Notes: generated by a model from the sequence alone, not told the origin. A stretch of 64,000 nucleotides of DNA from an uncultured delta proteobacterium (GCA_963761335.1 CAVXGR010000015.1:370970-434969); one strand, 5' to 3'; shown: positions 36,688-50,444, numbered from the stretch's first letter. Numbers and translations: made by a program.

Positions 36688-37029
36688 ATGGCTGAGGGAA
36701 TCGAGGCGGTGGTCTCGCGGCTGGGCGAGCTCGAGGTGGTGCTCGGGCCGGGAGTGCGGCCGGTGCTGGAGAGCGTGCGCCAGCTGCTCCTCGAGGCGCT
36801 CGCGGCCCGCGACCGCGGCGACGGCGCCGCAGCGACGCGAGCCGTCGGTGATGCCATGGACCGTCTCGCCGCCCTGGCGGACGGGTTGGACCCGGCCGAG
36901 GCTGGCCTGATGCGGGTGCTGACGCAGACCTTTCGCCAGGCGCTGCTGCGCCGCGACCCGGCCGAGGCCCGCCGCCACGCCGATGTCATGTTGCAGCGCT
37001 CCGGCGCCCGCGAAGTGAAGAAGGACTGA
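36688..37029 (+). CDS. Hypothetical helical protein
   Basis: GC3-biased ORF with RBS; no motif recognised. Confidence 0.7.
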   Translation: MAEGIEAVVSRLGELEVVLGPGVRPVLESVRQLLLEALAARDRGDGAAATRAVGDAMDRLAALADGLDPAEAGLMRVLTQTFRQALLRRDPAEARRHADVMLQRSGAREVKKD

Positions 37030-37077
37030 GACGCGCTTTCCTTGACAGCGGCGCGGTGGTGACCCCACAACGGCGCC

Positions 37078-37752
37078 GTGAATGCCTTCGACCGAGACAT
37101 TCTCCGATTCCTGACGCAGCTCGCCAACCGTTCGCCGACGTTCGACAAGCTGGTCGCCGTCATTGCCAACGCGACCCTTCTCAAAGGGGGTGTCGTCCTG
37201 GCGCTCGTCTGCGGTCTGTGGTTCAGCCGCAGTGGTGACAGGCGCGAGCGCCGCTCGCTCTTGGCCGCCGCGGTTCTCGGTACCCTCGCCGCGGTGATCG
37301 CGGCCCGGGCCCTGGCACTGTTGCTGCCCTTCCGGCCGCGGCCGATCTCCGTCGTCGACCCGCCGCTTGCTGGACAGTGGACGGAGTGGAGCTCCTTTCC
37401 CAGCGATCACGCCACCCTGATGTTCGCCCTGACGGTCGGTCTCGGCCGCGTTTCACGTCGACTTGGCGCCGCCATCGCGATCTACGCCGTCGTCTTCACC
37501 TGCCTGCCGCGCCTCTATCTCGGTCTCCACTACCCGACCGATGTGCTGGCGGGCGCATTCCTGGGCACCGCCACGGTGGTGCTGGCCACCTCGCGCCGCT
37601 GCCGCCGATTCATCGATGGTCCGCTCTTCGACTGGGTCGAGCGCTCCCCGGCGACCTTCTATGCCGTGGGCTTCCTGGTTCTCTACGAGATTGCCACTCT
37701 GTTCGTCGACCTGCGCAGCCTGGCGGCCTTTGCCTGGGAGGCCTTTTCCTGA
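37078..37752 (+). CDS. PAP2-family membrane phosphatase
   Basis: RPRP, SFPSDH, PRLYLGLHYPTD. Confidence 0.92.
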   Translation: MNAFDRDILRFLTQLANRSPTFDKLVAVIANATLLKGGVVLALVCGLWFSRSGDRRERRSLLAAAVLGTLAAVIAARALALLLPFRPRPISVVDPPLAGQWTEWSSFPSDHATLMFALTVGLGRVSRRLGAAIAIYAVVFTCLPRLYLGLHYPTDVLAGAFLGTATVVLATSRRCRRFIDGPLFDWVERSPATFYAVGFLVLYEIATLFVDLRSLAAFAWEAFS

Positions 37753-37860
37753 GATGCGGCGAGACGGCGGCGCTCCCGGTCATCGCGGCGGCCCATCGCC
37801 CGGGGTGAAGAAGTTGTCTCACCCCCCCCGCGCCCGCGCCCGTGCCCCTGCCGTTGAGGC

Positions 37861-38368
37861 AAGGGGGACAGTGCGTCATGAGCCTTACGGCTCACCAATA
37901 GACGATGAAAATGAGGCTGGGGATCTGCGCCGGCAAGAGACTTGGAGGTCCTCGCCCGGCTGAAGTTCGCCCCGGAGGGGCGGTGGCGTGTAGCCCCGGG
38001 TGAAACCCGGGAAAAGATGCGCGCTCCGTCAGGCGCGCCCCGCCAGGGGCGCGGGAAAGTTTTCGTCGATGTCACGCCTGTACGCCGATGCTCACCGCTG
38101 GGTGCGTGGGAAGCTCATCGAGGTGATTCTCGCGGCCTCTACGCCTGCGCCCCTGCGGGGCGCTGACCTGGGCCAATCGGAACGCGGTCCCCGGGTTAAC
38201 ACCCGGGGCTACATGCCTGCGCCTCTCCGGGGCGATAATCCTCCACCCCAGCGCCGGGACTCCACCAGACCTTCACCCAACAGATTTTCGAAGCAGGCTA
38301 CTTTTGCGCATGCGCCCCGGAATCGCATGAGCGCCGCGGCATGGGCCGCAAAAGTTGCCTGTCCCCTT
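37861..38368. repeat. Composite MITE/REP element, homologous (inverted) to 19000-19355
   Basis: Ends AAGGGGGACAG and CTGTCCCCTT; internal CCCCGGGTGAAACCCGGG and TTTTCGAAGCAGGC modules. Confidence 0.8.
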
Positions 38369-38386
38369 CGGCGACCAGTCCCCTTG

Positions 38387-39376
<990 letters not shown>

Positions 39377-39470
39377 GTGCCCGTTTTTAGCAGCGGGGTG
39401 GGGTCCTGCACAGAGGGCGCGTATGGCGAGCTCGCGCTCGCCGCTAAGGAGATCGCGGCTTCCCGCTCCA

Positions 39471-39617
39471 CATTCCCCGTTCTCATTCCCGGTTCTCATC
39501 CCGTCGTCTTCCATTGTTCTGCGAGCCCCATCAGAGCTCGCAGCCGCGCAGCTTGCTCACGGCTGTCAGAGCGAATGGAAGACGACGGGATGAAAACCGG
39601 GAATGAGAACCGAGAAC
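39471..39617. repeat. ~150-bp long-inverted-repeat element, copy 2 (inverted relative to 33285)
   Basis: Same arms; the internal spacer ends are swapped. Confidence 0.8.
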
Positions 39618-39688
39618 GGTGCGCCAGGGATCGACTTTCCTCGGGAGCCTTGCCCGGCCATTGACCGGAGCCGGCGTTCGATTTAATG

Positions 39689-39702
39689 ACGGACCAGTCC
39701 GT
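39689..39702. promoter_or_regulatory. Probable TetR operator
   Basis: ACGGAC-CA-GTCCGT palindrome just before the tetR ATG. Confidence 0.55.
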
Positions 39703-39708
39703 ATTCTA

Positions 39709-40356
39709 ATGTCACAGGTCTTGCCTCAGGCGCCGGCCCGCTCGCGGGGACGGCCACCGATACCCGGGCTGCGCCAGGACATCCTCGGCGCCGCCGAGGA
39801 CATCTTCGCGCAGCGCGACTTCCACGAGGTGCAGATGGACGAGGTCGCGGCGGCGTGCGGCATCGGCAAGGGCACGCTCTACCGCTACTTCGGCAGCAAG
39901 CGCGATCTGTATCTGGCGGTGATGTTCGAGGGCGTCGCCCGGCTGCGCGCCGAGCTCGAGGCCGCCCTCGACACCAATGACGCGCCGGCGCGCCGCATCG
40001 AGGGCGTCGTGCGCCGCACCCTCCAACACTTCTGGGACCGGCGCTCCTTCTTCGCCCTGATCCACCGCCACGAGCCCAAACGCGACGCCGATGCACGCCA
40101 GTGGCAACGCCAGCGCGAGCAGCTGTCGGCGGTGTTCCAGGGAACCATCGACGCCGCGATTGCCGCCGGCCATCTGCGGCCGGGGAACTCGCGCATCGCC
40201 ACCGAGCTCCTGCTCGGCATGATCCGCGGCGTGAACCGCTATCGCCGCGCCGACGACAGCCTCGAGGACCTGGTCGCCGCCGTCGTCGACGTCTTCATGG
40301 GCGGCGTGGGCACGCCCGCCGGCAGGCGGGTTCTGGCGCGCAAACGGAGAACATGA
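39709..40356 (+). CDS. TetR/AcrR-family regulator
   Basis: [22 protein letters not shown]. Confidence 0.93.
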   Translation: MSQVLPQAPARSRGRPPIPGLRQDILGAAEDIFAQRDFHEVQMDEVAAACGIGKGTLYRYFGSKRDLYLAVMFEGVARLRAELEAALDTNDAPARRIEGVVRRTLQHFWDRRSFFALIHRHEPKRDADARQWQRQREQLSAVFQGTIDAAIAAGHLRPGNSRIATELLLGMIRGVNRYRRADDSLEDLVAAVVDVFMGGVGTPAGRRVLARKRRT

Positions 40357-41588
40357 ACAGCACGACGACATCCACCCCGAGCCGCGAGGCCGCCCCGCAG
40401 CCCGTTCCCCCTTCTCCCTCCCGGCGTTCCCGGCGCGGCCGGCCGGAGCTCTGGCTGCTGCCGCTCGCCCTCCTGGCCGGCGCCGGCTACTGGCTGCTGG
40501 CGGCCCCGGCGACCGGTAAGCCGGAGGCGACCAAACGCGCCGCCCATCCCGTGCCGGTGGTGGTGGCCAGTGCGCGACAGGGAGACCTGCCCGTATACCT
40601 CGATGGCCTCGGCTCGGTGGCCGCCTTCAACACCGTGCACGTCAAGAGCCGCGTCGACGGCCAGCTGATCAAGATCGCCTTCCAGGAAGGCCAGTTCGTC
40701 CACCAGGGAGACCTGCTCGCCGAGATCGATCCGCGGCCTTTCGAGGTGCAGCTCACCCAGGCGGAGGGGCAGATGGCGCGCGACACGGCGCAGCTGAAGT
40801 ACGCCCGCATCAACCTCGAACGCTATCGCGACCTCCTCGCCCGCGACCTGATCGCGCGCCAGCAGGTGGACGACCAGGCGGCCCTCGTCGGCCAGTACGA
40901 GGGCGCCGTCAAGATGGATCAGGGGCTGATCGACAACGCCAAGCTGCAGCTGACCTACTGCCACGTCACCGCGCCGATCAGCGGTCGCGCCGGCCTGCGC
41001 CTGGTCGATGCCGGCAACGTCGTGCATGCCAACGACACCAACGGCCTGCTGGTGATCACCCAGGTGCATCCGGTGTCGGTGCTCTTCACTCTGCCGGAGG
41101 ACGAGCTACCGCCGATCCTGCGCAAGCTGTCCGCCGGCGAGCATCCCGCGGTCGAGGCCTACGACCGCTCCGGCAGGAACAAGATCGCCACCGGTTCGCT
41201 GGCCACGGTCGACAACCAGATCGATGCGACCACCGGCACGACGCGGCTCAAGGCGGTCTTCGACAACCAGGACAACTCGCTCTTCCCCAATCAGTTCGTC
41301 AACGTGCGGCTGCTGCTCGAGGTCCGCAAGAACGCCGTCCTGGTGCCCTCCGCCGCCATTCAGCGAGGCCCGCAGGGGACCTTCGTCTACGTCGTCAAGG
41401 ACGATCACACCGTCGACGTGCGCCCGGTCGCCGTCGGGCCGACGGCGGCGGCGGATGCCTCGATCGAGAGCGGTCTGCAGCCCGGCGAGGCGGTGGTGGT
41501 CGACGGCGTCGACAAGCTGCGGGCCGGGAGCACGGTGCAGGCGCGCACGCCGGCGAGCGAGATGCCGGCACATTCCTCCGGCGCATGA
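40353..41588 (+). CDS. mdtA: RND periplasmic adaptor MdtA
   Basis: [33 protein letters not shown] at 40353. Confidence 0.92.
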   Translation: MNSTTTSTPSREAAPQPVPPSPSRRSRRGRPELWLLPLALLAGAGYWLLAAPATGKPEATKRAAHPVPVVVASARQGDLPVYLDGLGSVAAFNTVHVKSRVDGQLIKIAFQEGQFVHQGDLLAEIDPRPFEVQLTQAEGQMARDTAQLKYARINLERYRDLLARDLIARQQVDDQAALVGQYEGAVKMDQGLIDNAKLQLTYCHVTAPISGRAGLRLVDAGNVVHANDTNGLLVITQVHPVSVLFTLPEDELPPILRKLSAGEHPAVEAYDRSGRNKIATGSLATVDNQIDATTGTTRLKAVFDNQDNSLFPNQFVNVRLLLEVRKNAVLVPSAAIQRGPQGTFVYVVKDDHTVDVRPVAVGPTAAADASIESGLQPGEAVVVDGVDKLRAGSTVQARTPASEMPAHSSGA

Positions 41589-44500
41589 ACCCGTCGCGGC
41601 TGTTCATCCTGCGGCCGGTGGCGACCTCGCTGCTGATGGCCGCCATCGTCATCGCCGGGGCCATCGCCTATCAGCTGTTGCCGGTCTCGGCCCTGCCGCA
41701 GGTCGACTACCCGACCATCCAGGTGCTGACCTTCTACCCCGGCGCCAGTCCCGACGTCATGGCGTCGTCGGTCACGGCTCCGCTCGAGCGGCAGTTTGGA
41801 CAGATGCCGGGGCTCAATCAGATGACCTCGACGAGCTCCTCCGGGAGCTCGTCGATCACCCTCCAGTTCGTCCTCGACCTCGACATCGACGTCGCCGAGC
41901 AGGAGGTGCAGGCGGCCATCAACGCCGCCGGCACCTTCCTGCCCCGCGAGCTGCCCAACCCGCCGGTCTACAGCAAGACGAACCCGGCGGACGCGCCGGT
42001 GCTCACCCTGGCGCTGACCTCGCAGACCCTGCCGCTCTCCAGGGTGCAGGATCTCGCCGATACGCGCCTGGCGCAGAAGATCTCGCAGCTTCCCGGCGTC
42101 GGGCTGGTGAGCATCAGCGGCGGGCAGAAGCCGGCGGTGCGCATCCAGGCCAACCCCAGCGCCCTCGCCGCCTACGGCCTGAGCCTCGAGGAGGTGCGCG
42201 CCGCCATTGGCCAGGCCAACGTCAATCAGGCGAAGGGCAACTTCGAGGGCGCGCACCAGGCCTACACCATCGGCGCCAACGACCAGCTGCTGTCAGCGGA
42301 GGACTACCGCGACACTGTGATCGCCTATCGGAACGGCGCCCCGGTGCGCCTCTCCGAGGTCGCCGACGTGCGGGACGGCGCCGAGAACGTCAAGCAGGCG
42401 GCGTGGATGAACCGGGTGCCGGCGGTGATCGTCAACATCCAGCGCCAGCCCGGCGCCAACATCATCGGCGTCGTCGACCGCATCGAGAATCTGCTGCCCC
42501 AGCTCACCGCCTCGCTGCCGCCGGGAGTGCAGGTCTCGATACTCACCGATCGCACCGTCACCATCCGCGCCTCGGTGCAGGACGTGCAGTTCGAGCTGGT
42601 GCTGACCGTGGCCTTGGTGGTGATGGTCCTGTTCCTCTTCCTGCGCAGCCTCTCGGCGACCATCATCCCCGGCGTCGCCGTGCCGCTGTCGCTGGTCGGC
42701 ACCTTCGGGGTCATGTACCTGCTCGGCTACAGCCTCGACAATCTCTCCCTCATGGCGCTGACCATCTCGACCGGCTTCGTCGTCGACGACGCCATCGTCA
42801 TGATCGAGAACATCTCCCGCTACATCGAGCAGGGCGAATCGCCGCTGCAGGCGGCGCTCAAGGGCTCCGAGCAGATCGGCTTCACCATCGTCTCGCTCAC
42901 CGTGTCGCTGATCGCGGTGCTCATCCCCCTGCTCTTCATGGGCGACGTCGTCGGCCGCCTGTTCCGCGAGTTCGCCATCACCCTGGCGGTGACCATCCTG
43001 GTCTCCGCGCTGGTCTCGCTGACGCTGACGCCGATGATGTGCGCCAAGCTGCTGCGCCACCGGCCGCGGGCGGGGCAGGGGCGCCTGGCCCTGGGTGCGG
43101 AGCGCGCCTTCGACCGGGTGATCCAGGGCTACGGCAGGACCCTGCGCTGGGTGCTCGACCATCAGACCGCTACCCTGTGGGTCGCGGTGGCGGCGCTGGT
43201 CGCCACCGTCGCCCTCTACGTCGTCGTGCCGAAGGGCTTCTTCCCGGTACAGGACACCGGCGTCATTCTCGGCATCTCCGAGGCGCCGCCGACGGTGTCG
43301 TTCGCGGCGATGTCCGAGCGCCAGCAACAGCTCGCCGAGGTGATCCTGCGGGATCCGGCGGTGCGCAGCCTCTCGTCGTTCATCGGCATCGACGGCATCA
43401 ATACCACGCTCAACAGCGGCCGCATCCAGATCGACCTGGTGCCTCTCGCGGAGAGGCGAGCGAGCGCCGTCGAGATCATCCGGCGCCTGCAGCCGCAGCT
43501 GGCCGCCGTGCCCGGCATCACTCTGTTCATGCAGCCGGTTCAGGACCTCACCGTGGACGACCGCGTCAGTCGCACCCAGTACCAGTACAGCCTCGAGAGC
43601 CCCAACGAGGCGGAGCTGCGGCTGTGGTCCGGGCGCCTGCTCGACAGGCTCGAGACCGTCCCGCAGCTGCGCGACGTCGCCAGCGACGACCAGGACGGCG
43701 GTCTGCAGGCGGAGCTGGTGATCGACAGGGACACGGCGGCGCGCCTCGGGGTGACGCCGCAGATGATCGACGACACCCTCTATGACGCCTTCGGGCAGCG
43801 CCAGGTGTCGACCATCTTCACGCAGCTGACCCAGTACCACGTCGTCCTCGAGGTGGCCCCGAGCTTTCAGCGGAATCCCGACTCGCTGCGGAGCATCTAC
43901 GTGCGCTCGAGCGGTGGCGCCCAGGTGCCGCTCAGCGCCATGGCGCATTTCGCGGAGTCGACCACGCCGTTGGCCGTGAATCACCAGGGGCAGTTCCCGG
44001 CGGTGACCTTCTCGTTCAACCTGGCACCCGGTGCGGCTCTCGGTGACGCGGTGACGGCGATCGCCGCCGCCGAGAGCGACATCGGCCTGCCGGCGAGCAT
44101 CCACGCCAGCTTCCAGGGAACGGCGCAGGCCTTCCGGGCCGCTCTGGCCAACGAGCCGCTGCTGATCCTGGCGGCGCTGGTGACCGTCTACATCGTCCTC
44201 GGCGTGCTCTACGAGAGCTACGTGCATCCGCTCACCATCCTCTCGACGTTGCCCTCGGCGGGGGTGGGCGCCATCCTGGCGCTGCTGCTCTGCGGCAGCG
44301 ACCTCGACGTGATCGCGCTGATCGGCATCATCCTGCTGATCGGCATCGTCAAGAAGAACGCCATCATGATGATCGACTTCGCCCTCGAGGCGGAGCGGCG
44401 CGAAGGCAAGTCGCCCCACGAGGCGATCTACGAGGCCTGCCTGCTGCGCTTTCGGCCGATCATGATGACCACCATGGCGGCGCTGCTGGCCGGGCTGCCT

Positions 44501-44743
44501 CTGGCTCTCGGCACCGGGGTCGGCGCCGAGCTGCGCCGCCCGCTCGGCATCACCATCGTCGGCGGGCTGCTGCTGAGCCAGCTCCTCACCCTCTACACCA
44601 CGCCGGTGGTCTACCTCGCCTTCGATCGGCTTTCGGCGCGCCTGCGCCGCTGGCGCGGCGCCGATGAGGCGGCGGCTGCCGAAGCTCTCGGCGAAGGCCT
44701 CGGCGAAGGCCTCGGCAAAGGCCTCGCCATGGACGAGCCGTGA
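41585..44743 (+). CDS. mdtB: RND permease MdtB
   Basis: [41 protein letters not shown]. Confidence 0.95.
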   Translation: MNPSRLFILRPVATSLLMAAIVIAGAIAYQLLPVSALPQVDYPTIQVLTFYPGASPDVMASSVTAPLERQFGQMPGLNQMTSTSSSGSSSITLQFVLDLDIDVAEQEVQAAINAAGTFLPRELPNPPVYSKTNPADAPVLTLALTSQTLPLSRVQDLADTRLAQKISQLPGVGLVSISGGQKPAVRIQANPSALAAYGLSLEEVRAAIGQANVNQAKGNFEGAHQAYTIGANDQLLSAEDYRDTVIAYRNGAPVRLSEVADVRDGAENVKQAAWMNRVPAVIVNIQRQPGANIIGVVDRIENLLPQLTASLPPGVQVSILTDRTVTIRASVQDVQFELVLTVALVVMVLFLFLRSLSATIIPGVAVPLSLVGTFGVMYLLGYSLDNLSLMALTISTGFVVDDAIVMIENISRYIEQGESPLQAALKGSEQIGFTIVSLTVSLIAVLIPLLFMGDVVGRLFREFAITLAVTILVSALVSLTLTPMMCAKLLRHRPRAGQGRLALGAERAFDRVIQGYGRTLRWVLDHQTATLWVAVAALVATVALYVVVPKGFFPVQDTGVILGISEAPPTVSFAAMSERQQQLAEVILRDPAVRSLSSFIGIDGINTTLNSGRIQIDLVPLAERRASAVEIIRRLQPQLAAVPGITLFMQPVQDLTVDDRVSRTQYQYSLESPNEAELRLWSGRLLDRLETVPQLRDVASDDQDGGLQAELVIDRDTAARLGVTPQMIDDTLYDAFGQRQVSTIFTQLTQYHVVLEVAPSFQRNPDSLRSIYVRSSGGAQVPLSAMAHFAESTTPLAVNHQGQFPAVTFSFNLAPGAALGDAVTAIAAAESDIGLPASIHASFQGTAQAFRAALANEPLLILAALVTVYIVLGVLYESYVHPLTILSTLPSAGVGAILALLLCGSDLDVIALIGIILLIGIVKKNAIMMIDFALEAERREGKSPHEAIYEACLLRFRPIMMTTMAALLAGLPLALGTGVGAELRRPLGITIVGGLLLSQLLTLYTTPVVYLAFDRLSARLRRWRGADEAAAAEALGEGLGEGLGKGLAMDEP

Positions 44744-47700
44744 GCTTCTCAGCGGCGTTCATTCGCCGGCCGGTCGCCACCTCGCTGCTGACCCTGGCGC
44801 TGGCGCTGGCGGGCGTGCTCGCCTTCCGCCTGCTGCCGGTGGCGCCGCTGCCGCAGGTGGAGTTTCCCACCATCCAGGTCGAGGCGGCGCTGCCCGGCGC
44901 CAGCCCCGAGACCATGGCCTCGGCGGTGGCCATGCCTCTGGAGCGCCAGTTCGGCCGCATTGCCGGAGTCACCGAGATGACCTCGACCAGCTATCTCGGC
45001 TCGACCTCGGTGGTCCTCCAGTTCGACCTGAGCCGCGACATCGACGCCGCGGCGCGCGACGTGCAGGCGGCGATCAACGCGGCGCGCAGCCAGCTGCCCG
45101 CGAATCTTCCGAGCAATCCCTCGTACCGCAAGGTCAACCCCGCCGATGCGCCGATTCTCATCCTGGCGCTGACCTCGACCACGGTCGATCCGGGGCGCAT
45201 CTACGACGCCGCCTCCTCGATCCTGCAGCAGAAGCTCTCGCAGGTGGAGGGCGTCGGCCAGGTCGTCGTCGGCGGCAGCTCGCTGCCGGCGGTGCGCGTC
45301 GATCTCAATCCGGCGGTGCTGAACCGCTACGGCATCGGTCTGGAGCAGGTGCGCGCCGCCCTCGGCAGCGCCAACGCCAACCTGCCGAAGGGCGATCTCG
45401 GCACCGGCGAGCGCACCTGGTCGATCAGCGCCACCGACCAGCTGCTGGAGGCGGCGCAGTACCGGCCGCTGATCGTCGCCTATCGCAACGGCGCGCCGGT
45501 GCGTCTCTCCGACGTCGCCGAGGTGCAGGACGGCGTCGAGGACCTGCGCACCGCCGGGCTCTCCAACGGCGAGCCGTCGGTGGTGATGGTGCTCTTCCGC
45601 CAGCCCGGCGCCAACATCATCGAGACCGTCGAGCGGGTGCGCGCCCTGCTGCCGGAGCTGCAGGCCTCCATCCCCCAGGCGATTCGCGTGCGCGTGGCGA
45701 TGGACCGCACGCCGACCATCCGCGAGTCGATCGCCGACGTCGAGCGCGCCCTGCTGATCTCCGTGGCGCTGGTGATCCTGGTGGTGTTCGCCTTCCTGCG
45801 CAACGGCTGGGCGACGGTGATCCCCGGGGTGGCGGTGCCGCTGTCGCTGCTGGGGACCTTCGGCGTCATGTACCTGCTCGGCTACAGCATCGACAACCTG
45901 TCGCTGATGGCGCTCACCATCTCCACCGGCTTCGTGGTGGACGACGCCATCGTCGTCATCGAGAACATCGCCCGACACCTGGAGAACGGCGTGCCGCCGA
46001 TGCAGGCCGCCCTGCGCGGCACCCGCGAGATCAGCTTCACCGTGCTCTCCATGAGCGCCTCGCTGATCGCCGTGTTCGTGCCGCTGCTGCTCATGGGGGG
46101 CATCGTCGGGCGCCTGTTCCGCGAGTTCTCCGTCACCCTGTCGGTGGCCATCGCCGTATCGCTGGTGGTGTCGCTGACGACCACGCCGATGCTGTGCGCC
46201 CGCTTCCTGCGCTCGCAACGGCAGCGGTCTCACGGCCGCATCTACCGCGCCAGCGAGCGCGCCTTCGACGGTATGCTCGGCGCTTACGAGGTCGGGCTCT
46301 CCTGGGTGCTGCGGCATCCGCGCTCGGTGCTGCTGCTGACGGTGATGACCGTGGCGGTGAACGTCTACCTGTACGTGATCGTGCCGAAGGGCTTCTTTCC
46401 GACGCAGGACACCGGGCGTCTCATGGGAGCGATTCAGGCGGACCAGGACACCTCCTTTCAGGCGCTGCACCAGAAGCTGGAGCGCTTCGTGAGCCTCGTC
46501 CGCGAGGATCCGCTGGTCGGCAGCGTCGTGGCCTTCACCGGAGGGACGCGCGGCAGCACCAACTCCGGGCGCATGTTCATGGCCCTCAAGCCGGATCGCG
46601 ACCTCGGTATCGACGAGGTGATCGCGCGCCTGCGTCCGAAGCTCGCCACTGTGCCCGGGGCCAGTCTCTTCCTGCAGCCGGTTCAGGATATTCGCGTCGG
46701 CGGTCATCTCGGCAGCGGCGCCTTTCAGTTTACGCTCCAGGGCGACGACCTCGACGAGCTCAACCGCTGGGCGCCGCGCATGTTCCAGCGCCTGCAGAAG
46801 GTTCCCGGTGTCGTCGACGTCAGCAGCGACCAGCAGAACCGCGGTCTGCAGGCCGAGCTGGTGATCGATCGCGACACCGCGGCGCGCCTCGGCGTCAGCG
46901 CCCAGCTGATCGACAACACCCTCTACGACGCCTTCGGCCAGCGGCAGGTGTCGACCATGTACACGCCGCTCAACCAGTACCACGTGGTCATGGAGGTGGC
47001 GCCGCGCTTCTGGCAGAGCCCCGAGGCGCTGCGCACCGTCTACGTGCACTCGGCCAACGGAGCCGAGGTGCCGCTCAGCGCCTTCTCGCACTTCGGGCCG
47101 TCGACGGCGCCGCTGGCGGTCAACCACCAGGGGCAGTTCCCGGCCGTCACCCTGTCCTTCAATCTCACCCCCGGGGCGGCCCTCGGCGACGTGGTGACGG
47201 CGATCGGCGAGGCGGAGCGCGACATCGGCATGCCGGCGAGCATCCGCGCCAGCTTCCAGGGAACGGCGCAGGCCTTTCAGGACTCGCTCGCCAACGAGCC
47301 TCTGCTGATCCTGGCGGCGCTGCTGGCGGTCTACATCGTCCTCGGCATGCTCTACGAGAGCTACGTGCACCCGCTGACGATTCTCTCGACCCTGCCGTCG
47401 GCAGGAGTGGGCGCCATCCTGGCGCTGCTGCTCTGCCGCATGGATCTGAGCGTGATCGCGCTGATCGGCATCATCCTCTTGATCGGCATCGTCAAGAAGA
47501 ACGCCATCCTGATGATCGACTTCGCCCTCGAGGCCGAGCGCCGCGACGGCAAGTCGCCGGAGGAGGCGATCTACCAGGCCTGCCTGCTGCGCTTCCGGCC
47601 GATCATGATGACCACCATGGCGGCGCTCTTTGGCGCCCTGCCGCTGGCGCTCGGCATGGGCATGGGTGCCGAGCTGCGCCGCCCGCTCGGCGTCACCATC

Positions 47701-47835
47701 GTCGGCGGCCTGATCCTCAGCCAGATGCTGACGCTGTTCACCACACCCGTCGTCTATCTCTATCTCGACCGCTTCCGCCTCTGGTGCCGCGCCGCCATCC
47801 GCGGCTTCGCCGGCGGCCTCCGCGATTTCGGCTGA
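44740..47835 (+). CDS. mdtC: RND permease MdtC
   Basis: [20 protein letters not shown]; paralog directly after mdtB. Confidence 0.95.
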   Translation: MSFSAAFIRRPVATSLLTLALALAGVLAFRLLPVAPLPQVEFPTIQVEAALPGASPETMASAVAMPLERQFGRIAGVTEMTSTSYLGSTSVVLQFDLSRDIDAAARDVQAAINAARSQLPANLPSNPSYRKVNPADAPILILALTSTTVDPGRIYDAASSILQQKLSQVEGVGQVVVGGSSLPAVRVDLNPAVLNRYGIGLEQVRAALGSANANLPKGDLGTGERTWSISATDQLLEAAQYRPLIVAYRNGAPVRLSDVAEVQDGVEDLRTAGLSNGEPSVVMVLFRQPGANIIETVERVRALLPELQASIPQAIRVRVAMDRTPTIRESIADVERALLISVALVILVVFAFLRNGWATVIPGVAVPLSLLGTFGVMYLLGYSIDNLSLMALTISTGFVVDDAIVVIENIARHLENGVPPMQAALRGTREISFTVLSMSASLIAVFVPLLLMGGIVGRLFREFSVTLSVAIAVSLVVSLTTTPMLCARFLRSQRQRSHGRIYRASERAFDGMLGAYEVGLSWVLRHPRSVLLLTVMTVAVNVYLYVIVPKGFFPTQDTGRLMGAIQADQDTSFQALHQKLERFVSLVREDPLVGSVVAFTGGTRGSTNSGRMFMALKPDRDLGIDEVIARLRPKLATVPGASLFLQPVQDIRVGGHLGSGAFQFTLQGDDLDELNRWAPRMFQRLQKVPGVVDVSSDQQNRGLQAELVIDRDTAARLGVSAQLIDNTLYDAFGQRQVSTMYTPLNQYHVVMEVAPRFWQSPEALRTVYVHSANGAEVPLSAFSHFGPSTAPLAVNHQGQFPAVTLSFNLTPGAALGDVVTAIGEAERDIGMPASIRASFQGTAQAFQDSLANEPLLILAALLAVYIVLGMLYESYVHPLTILSTLPSAGVGAILALLLCRMDLSVIALIGIILLIGIVKKNAILMIDFALEAERRDGKSPEEAIYQACLLRFRPIMMTTMAALFGALPLALGMGMGAELRRPLGVTIVGGLILSQMLTLFTTPVVYLYLDRFRLWCRAAIRGFAGGLRDFG

Positions 47836-47846
47836 CCTCTCTCTCG

Positions 47847-47893
47847 ATTCTCATTCGCGATTCTTATTCTCATGCCGTCGTCCTCCATTGTTC
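47847..47893. repeat. Degenerate single arm of the 33285/39471 family
   Basis: TTCTCATTC...TTCTCATGCCGTCGTCCTCCATTGTTC. Confidence 0.6.
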
Positions 47894-48235
47894 CGAACGC
47901 CTCATGTTGACAGCCCCCGGCGCGCACAGGACCGCCTGACGCGTTCGACAGCCAGGGTGGTCTTTCCGGTCGCCGCGGAACGCACCGGGCGCAGAGACCA
48001 GCGCAAAGGTCAGGTTGGCAATTTGGGACCCTGGCCAACTATCGGCTATCAATTTTCCCAGAATCAGCTATGGTGCCGGCAGAGACTCCAGCTGCGGGCC
48101 TAAAGTGGGCGTGCCGGATGGAATCACCGATCGCGGGACGGTTTCCCAAGCGAACACGAGTAGTCGGGAAGTTACGGATGAAGCGAAAACGCAGCGCCGC
48201 ACTCCGACCATTCGAAAAACAACAGGAGTAAGGCA

Positions 48236-48442
48236 ATGCGAGTTACAGGAACGGTCAAGTGGTTCAACGACGAGAAGGGGTTCGGCTTCCTCATCCGCGA
48301 CGACGGTCAGGATGATGTCTTCTGCCACCATACCGCCGTCCAGGGTGAGGGCTTCAAGAGCCTCAAAGAAGGCGCCAAGGTCGAGTTCGACGTGGTCAAG
48401 GGCCAGAAGGGCCCGGCTGCGCAGAACGTCGTCACCCTGTAG
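48236..48442 (+). CDS. cspA: Cold-shock protein
   Basis: [27 protein letters not shown]; strong RBS. Confidence 0.96.
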   Translation: MRVTGTVKWFNDEKGFGFLIRDDGQDDVFCHHTAVQGEGFKSLKEGAKVEFDVVKGQKGPAAQNVVTL

Positions 48443-48468
48443 TCAGAACCAGAGAGCTGAGCAGCTCG

Positions 48469-48507
48469 AACGGGCCCCCGGCGCAAGCCGCGGGGCCCGT
48501 TTTCTTT
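48469..48507 (+). terminator. Rho-independent terminator
   Basis: AACGGGCCCC...GGGGCCCGTT followed by a T-tract. Confidence 0.85.
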
Positions 48508-48550
48508 CATCGACAGCGATGATCGGGTTTGGCCTTGGCAGCGCAGGGTC

Positions 48551-48814
48551 AGTACTGTCCTATTTGGGGGATGCACCCGTTGACAACGACTGCCCGTCGA
48601 TTTTCACGCCGCTGCGGGCGCGGGTTCCCTCTCCCGCATTGTTTCGCGTCATAGAAGAGGGCCAGGGTTGAACGCCGCAGAAATCGTGAACTTTCAGTGA
48701 AAGGGACCCCTCACCTTGATCCTCTCCCCGCGAAAAGAATGCGGGGAGAGGAGACCCTTGCGCGAGGCGGCGGGAGATAACTGCACAGTCGGATCGGCAA
48801 GTTAGGACAGGACC
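48551..48814. repeat. ~260-bp MITE-like repeat, copy A
   Basis: Near-identical blocks to 60484-60739; ends ACTGTCCT and AGGACAG. Confidence 0.85.
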
Positions 48815-49023
48815 CCCTGGTTGCGTCCGATTGACAGCGACGCTCCGAGGGCGGAGACTGCAGGCTCGAAGGCGAACGTCCCTGGCCCGCACTCGGGGGT
48901 ACAACGACCCCCCACCTAACCGCGTACGAGCCCCATCGAGAGCGCTGAGCTCTCCACGGAGCGGGCGATGCCCGCCGCAGCAAGAGGGCTCCAGATGGCG
49001 ATCTCGGTTGCCAGCTTGGGGAA

Positions 49024-49218
49024 GTGACTATGGCCATACGCGAGTTTCTCGAGCGACTCCGCTTGCAGCTCGGCATGATGCGCGGCGCGGATCCCTCGAG
49101 TGCGAAAGAGGAGCAGCAAGCGAGGAGCAGCCGTGCCGCAGCGCGCGCGCGTTTCTGGAACGCCGTGCACGAGGGCCGCTCGGAAGCGGAGGCGCAGTGC
49201 TCGAAGCGAGAGCCGTAG
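49024..49218 (+). CDS. Small hypothetical protein
   Basis: Plausible helical ORF (ARARFWNAVHEGRSEAEA). Confidence 0.4.
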   Translation: MTMAIREFLERLRLQLGMMRGADPSSAKEEQQARSSRAAARARFWNAVHEGRSEAEAQCSKREP

Positions 49219-49268
49219 CGCCTCGAAACCACAGTTGCACGGATCAAGACCAGCAAGGGAGTCCCAAC

Positions 49269-49394
49269 ATGGGCGACAAATCTCCGAAGTCGACACGCCG
49301 GCAAGCCAACCAGAAGCAGTCGAAGAGCAACGCAGCCGACCACAAGAAGCAGCAGGCAATTGCTGCAAAGCAGAATCTCTTCAAGAAGAACTGA
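49269..49394 (+). CDS. Small Lys/Gln-rich protein (41 aa)
   Basis: RBS AAGGGAG, then MGDKSPKS...KQQAIAAKQ. Confidence 0.7.
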   Translation: MGDKSPKSTRRQANQKQSKSNAADHKKQQAIAAKQNLFKKN

Positions 49395-49445
49395 ACGAGC
49401 TGTGCGCATGAGTCGCGGGCGAAAGCCCGCGACCTCGAGTTGACG

Positions 49446-50444
49446 TCAACGGCGGGAGCGGTGGAGCGGCTTGCGCCGCGTCGCGGACCGCCTTGGCAGA
49501 GCCGCCGGCTTCGTGGAGGCGATGAAGTCGACGAGTACCTCGACGAACCGCTCGGGGCGCTCGCAGTGCGGGTAGTGGCCCACCCCGTCGAAGATCTCGA
49601 GGCGGCTGCCGGGAATGGCCTTGTGTGCCGCGATGCCGTGGCTCACCGGAATGAAGGGATCTTCGGCGCCCCACACGATCAGTGTCGGCAAGTGCGCCGC
49701 CCGGTACAGCCGCCCAAGGGCGCTCACCGCCTGGCCGCTGAGGTCGATCACCTCGCGCAGGCTGCGAAAGAAGGCACGGCGGCTCTCGGCATCCGCCAGC
49801 GATGAGTAGCTGCGCCAGATCTCCTGGCGGGCGGGAGTGGACGGCACGCCGGCGCGGCCGAGCCAGGTGGCGAGCTGGTTTCCGGCATCTCGCAAGCGCG
49901 GCGCGCAGAACACCGGGAAGACGTAGTCGAAGCCGGGGATGGTCAGCATGCGGAGGTAGAACGTGACCTCCCGGCCCAGCCCACCGCTGTCCACCAGGAC
50001 CAGCCGCTCGCAGCGCTCCAGAAACTGATAAGCAAACTGCATCGCCACACCGCCGCCGAGCGATTGGCCGACGACCGTGGCTCGTTCGTGCCCGAGTGCG
50101 TCCATCAGGTCGCGGAGCGTGTTGGCCTGGGCGCCGAGCGAGTAGTCGCCACGGGGTCTGTCTGACCGCCCCTGCCCGAGCAGATCAGGGGCAAGGACCG
50201 TGAACCGTCTCGCCAGCGCCGGCATGACGTGCCGCCAGGTCTCCGAGCTACCGGCCATGCCGTGCACGAGCAGCAGCATCGGTCCCCTGCCGGCGATTCG
50301 GTAGGCGACCCGCTCCCTGTTTAGGACGACCCGCCGTTCTGTTGACGCCCAACGCGCTTTTGTCCAGCGGATCGGTCGCACACGGCGCGTCGCCACACGG
50401 GGCCTTCGAGCTCTCAAGGCAGATGCTTCCCCACTGAAGCGCAT
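49446..50444 (-). CDS. Alpha/beta hydrolase
   Basis: LVHGMAG, GQSLGGG, GVGHYPH. Start uncertain. Confidence 0.9.
   Translation of the reverse strand: MRFSGEASALRARRPRVATRRVRPIRWTKARWASTERRVVLNRERVAYRIAGRGPMLLLVHGMAGSSETWRHVMPALARRFTVLAPDLLGQGRSDRPRGDYSLGAQANTLRDLMDALGHERATVVGQSLGGGVAMQFAYQFLERCERLVLVDSGGLGREVTFYLRMLTIPGFDYVFPVFCAPRLRDAGNQLATWLGRAGVPSTPARQEIWRSYSSLADAESRRAFFRSLREVIDLSGQAVSALGRLYRAAHLPTLIVWGAEDPFIPVSHGIAAHKAIPGSRLEIFDGVGHYPHCERPERFVEVLVDFIASTKPAALPRRSATRRKPLHRSRR

Noticed and set aside
48040..48235. cspA 5' UTR thermosensor
   Set aside because: A long leader is present, but I cannot support a specific structure by eye.
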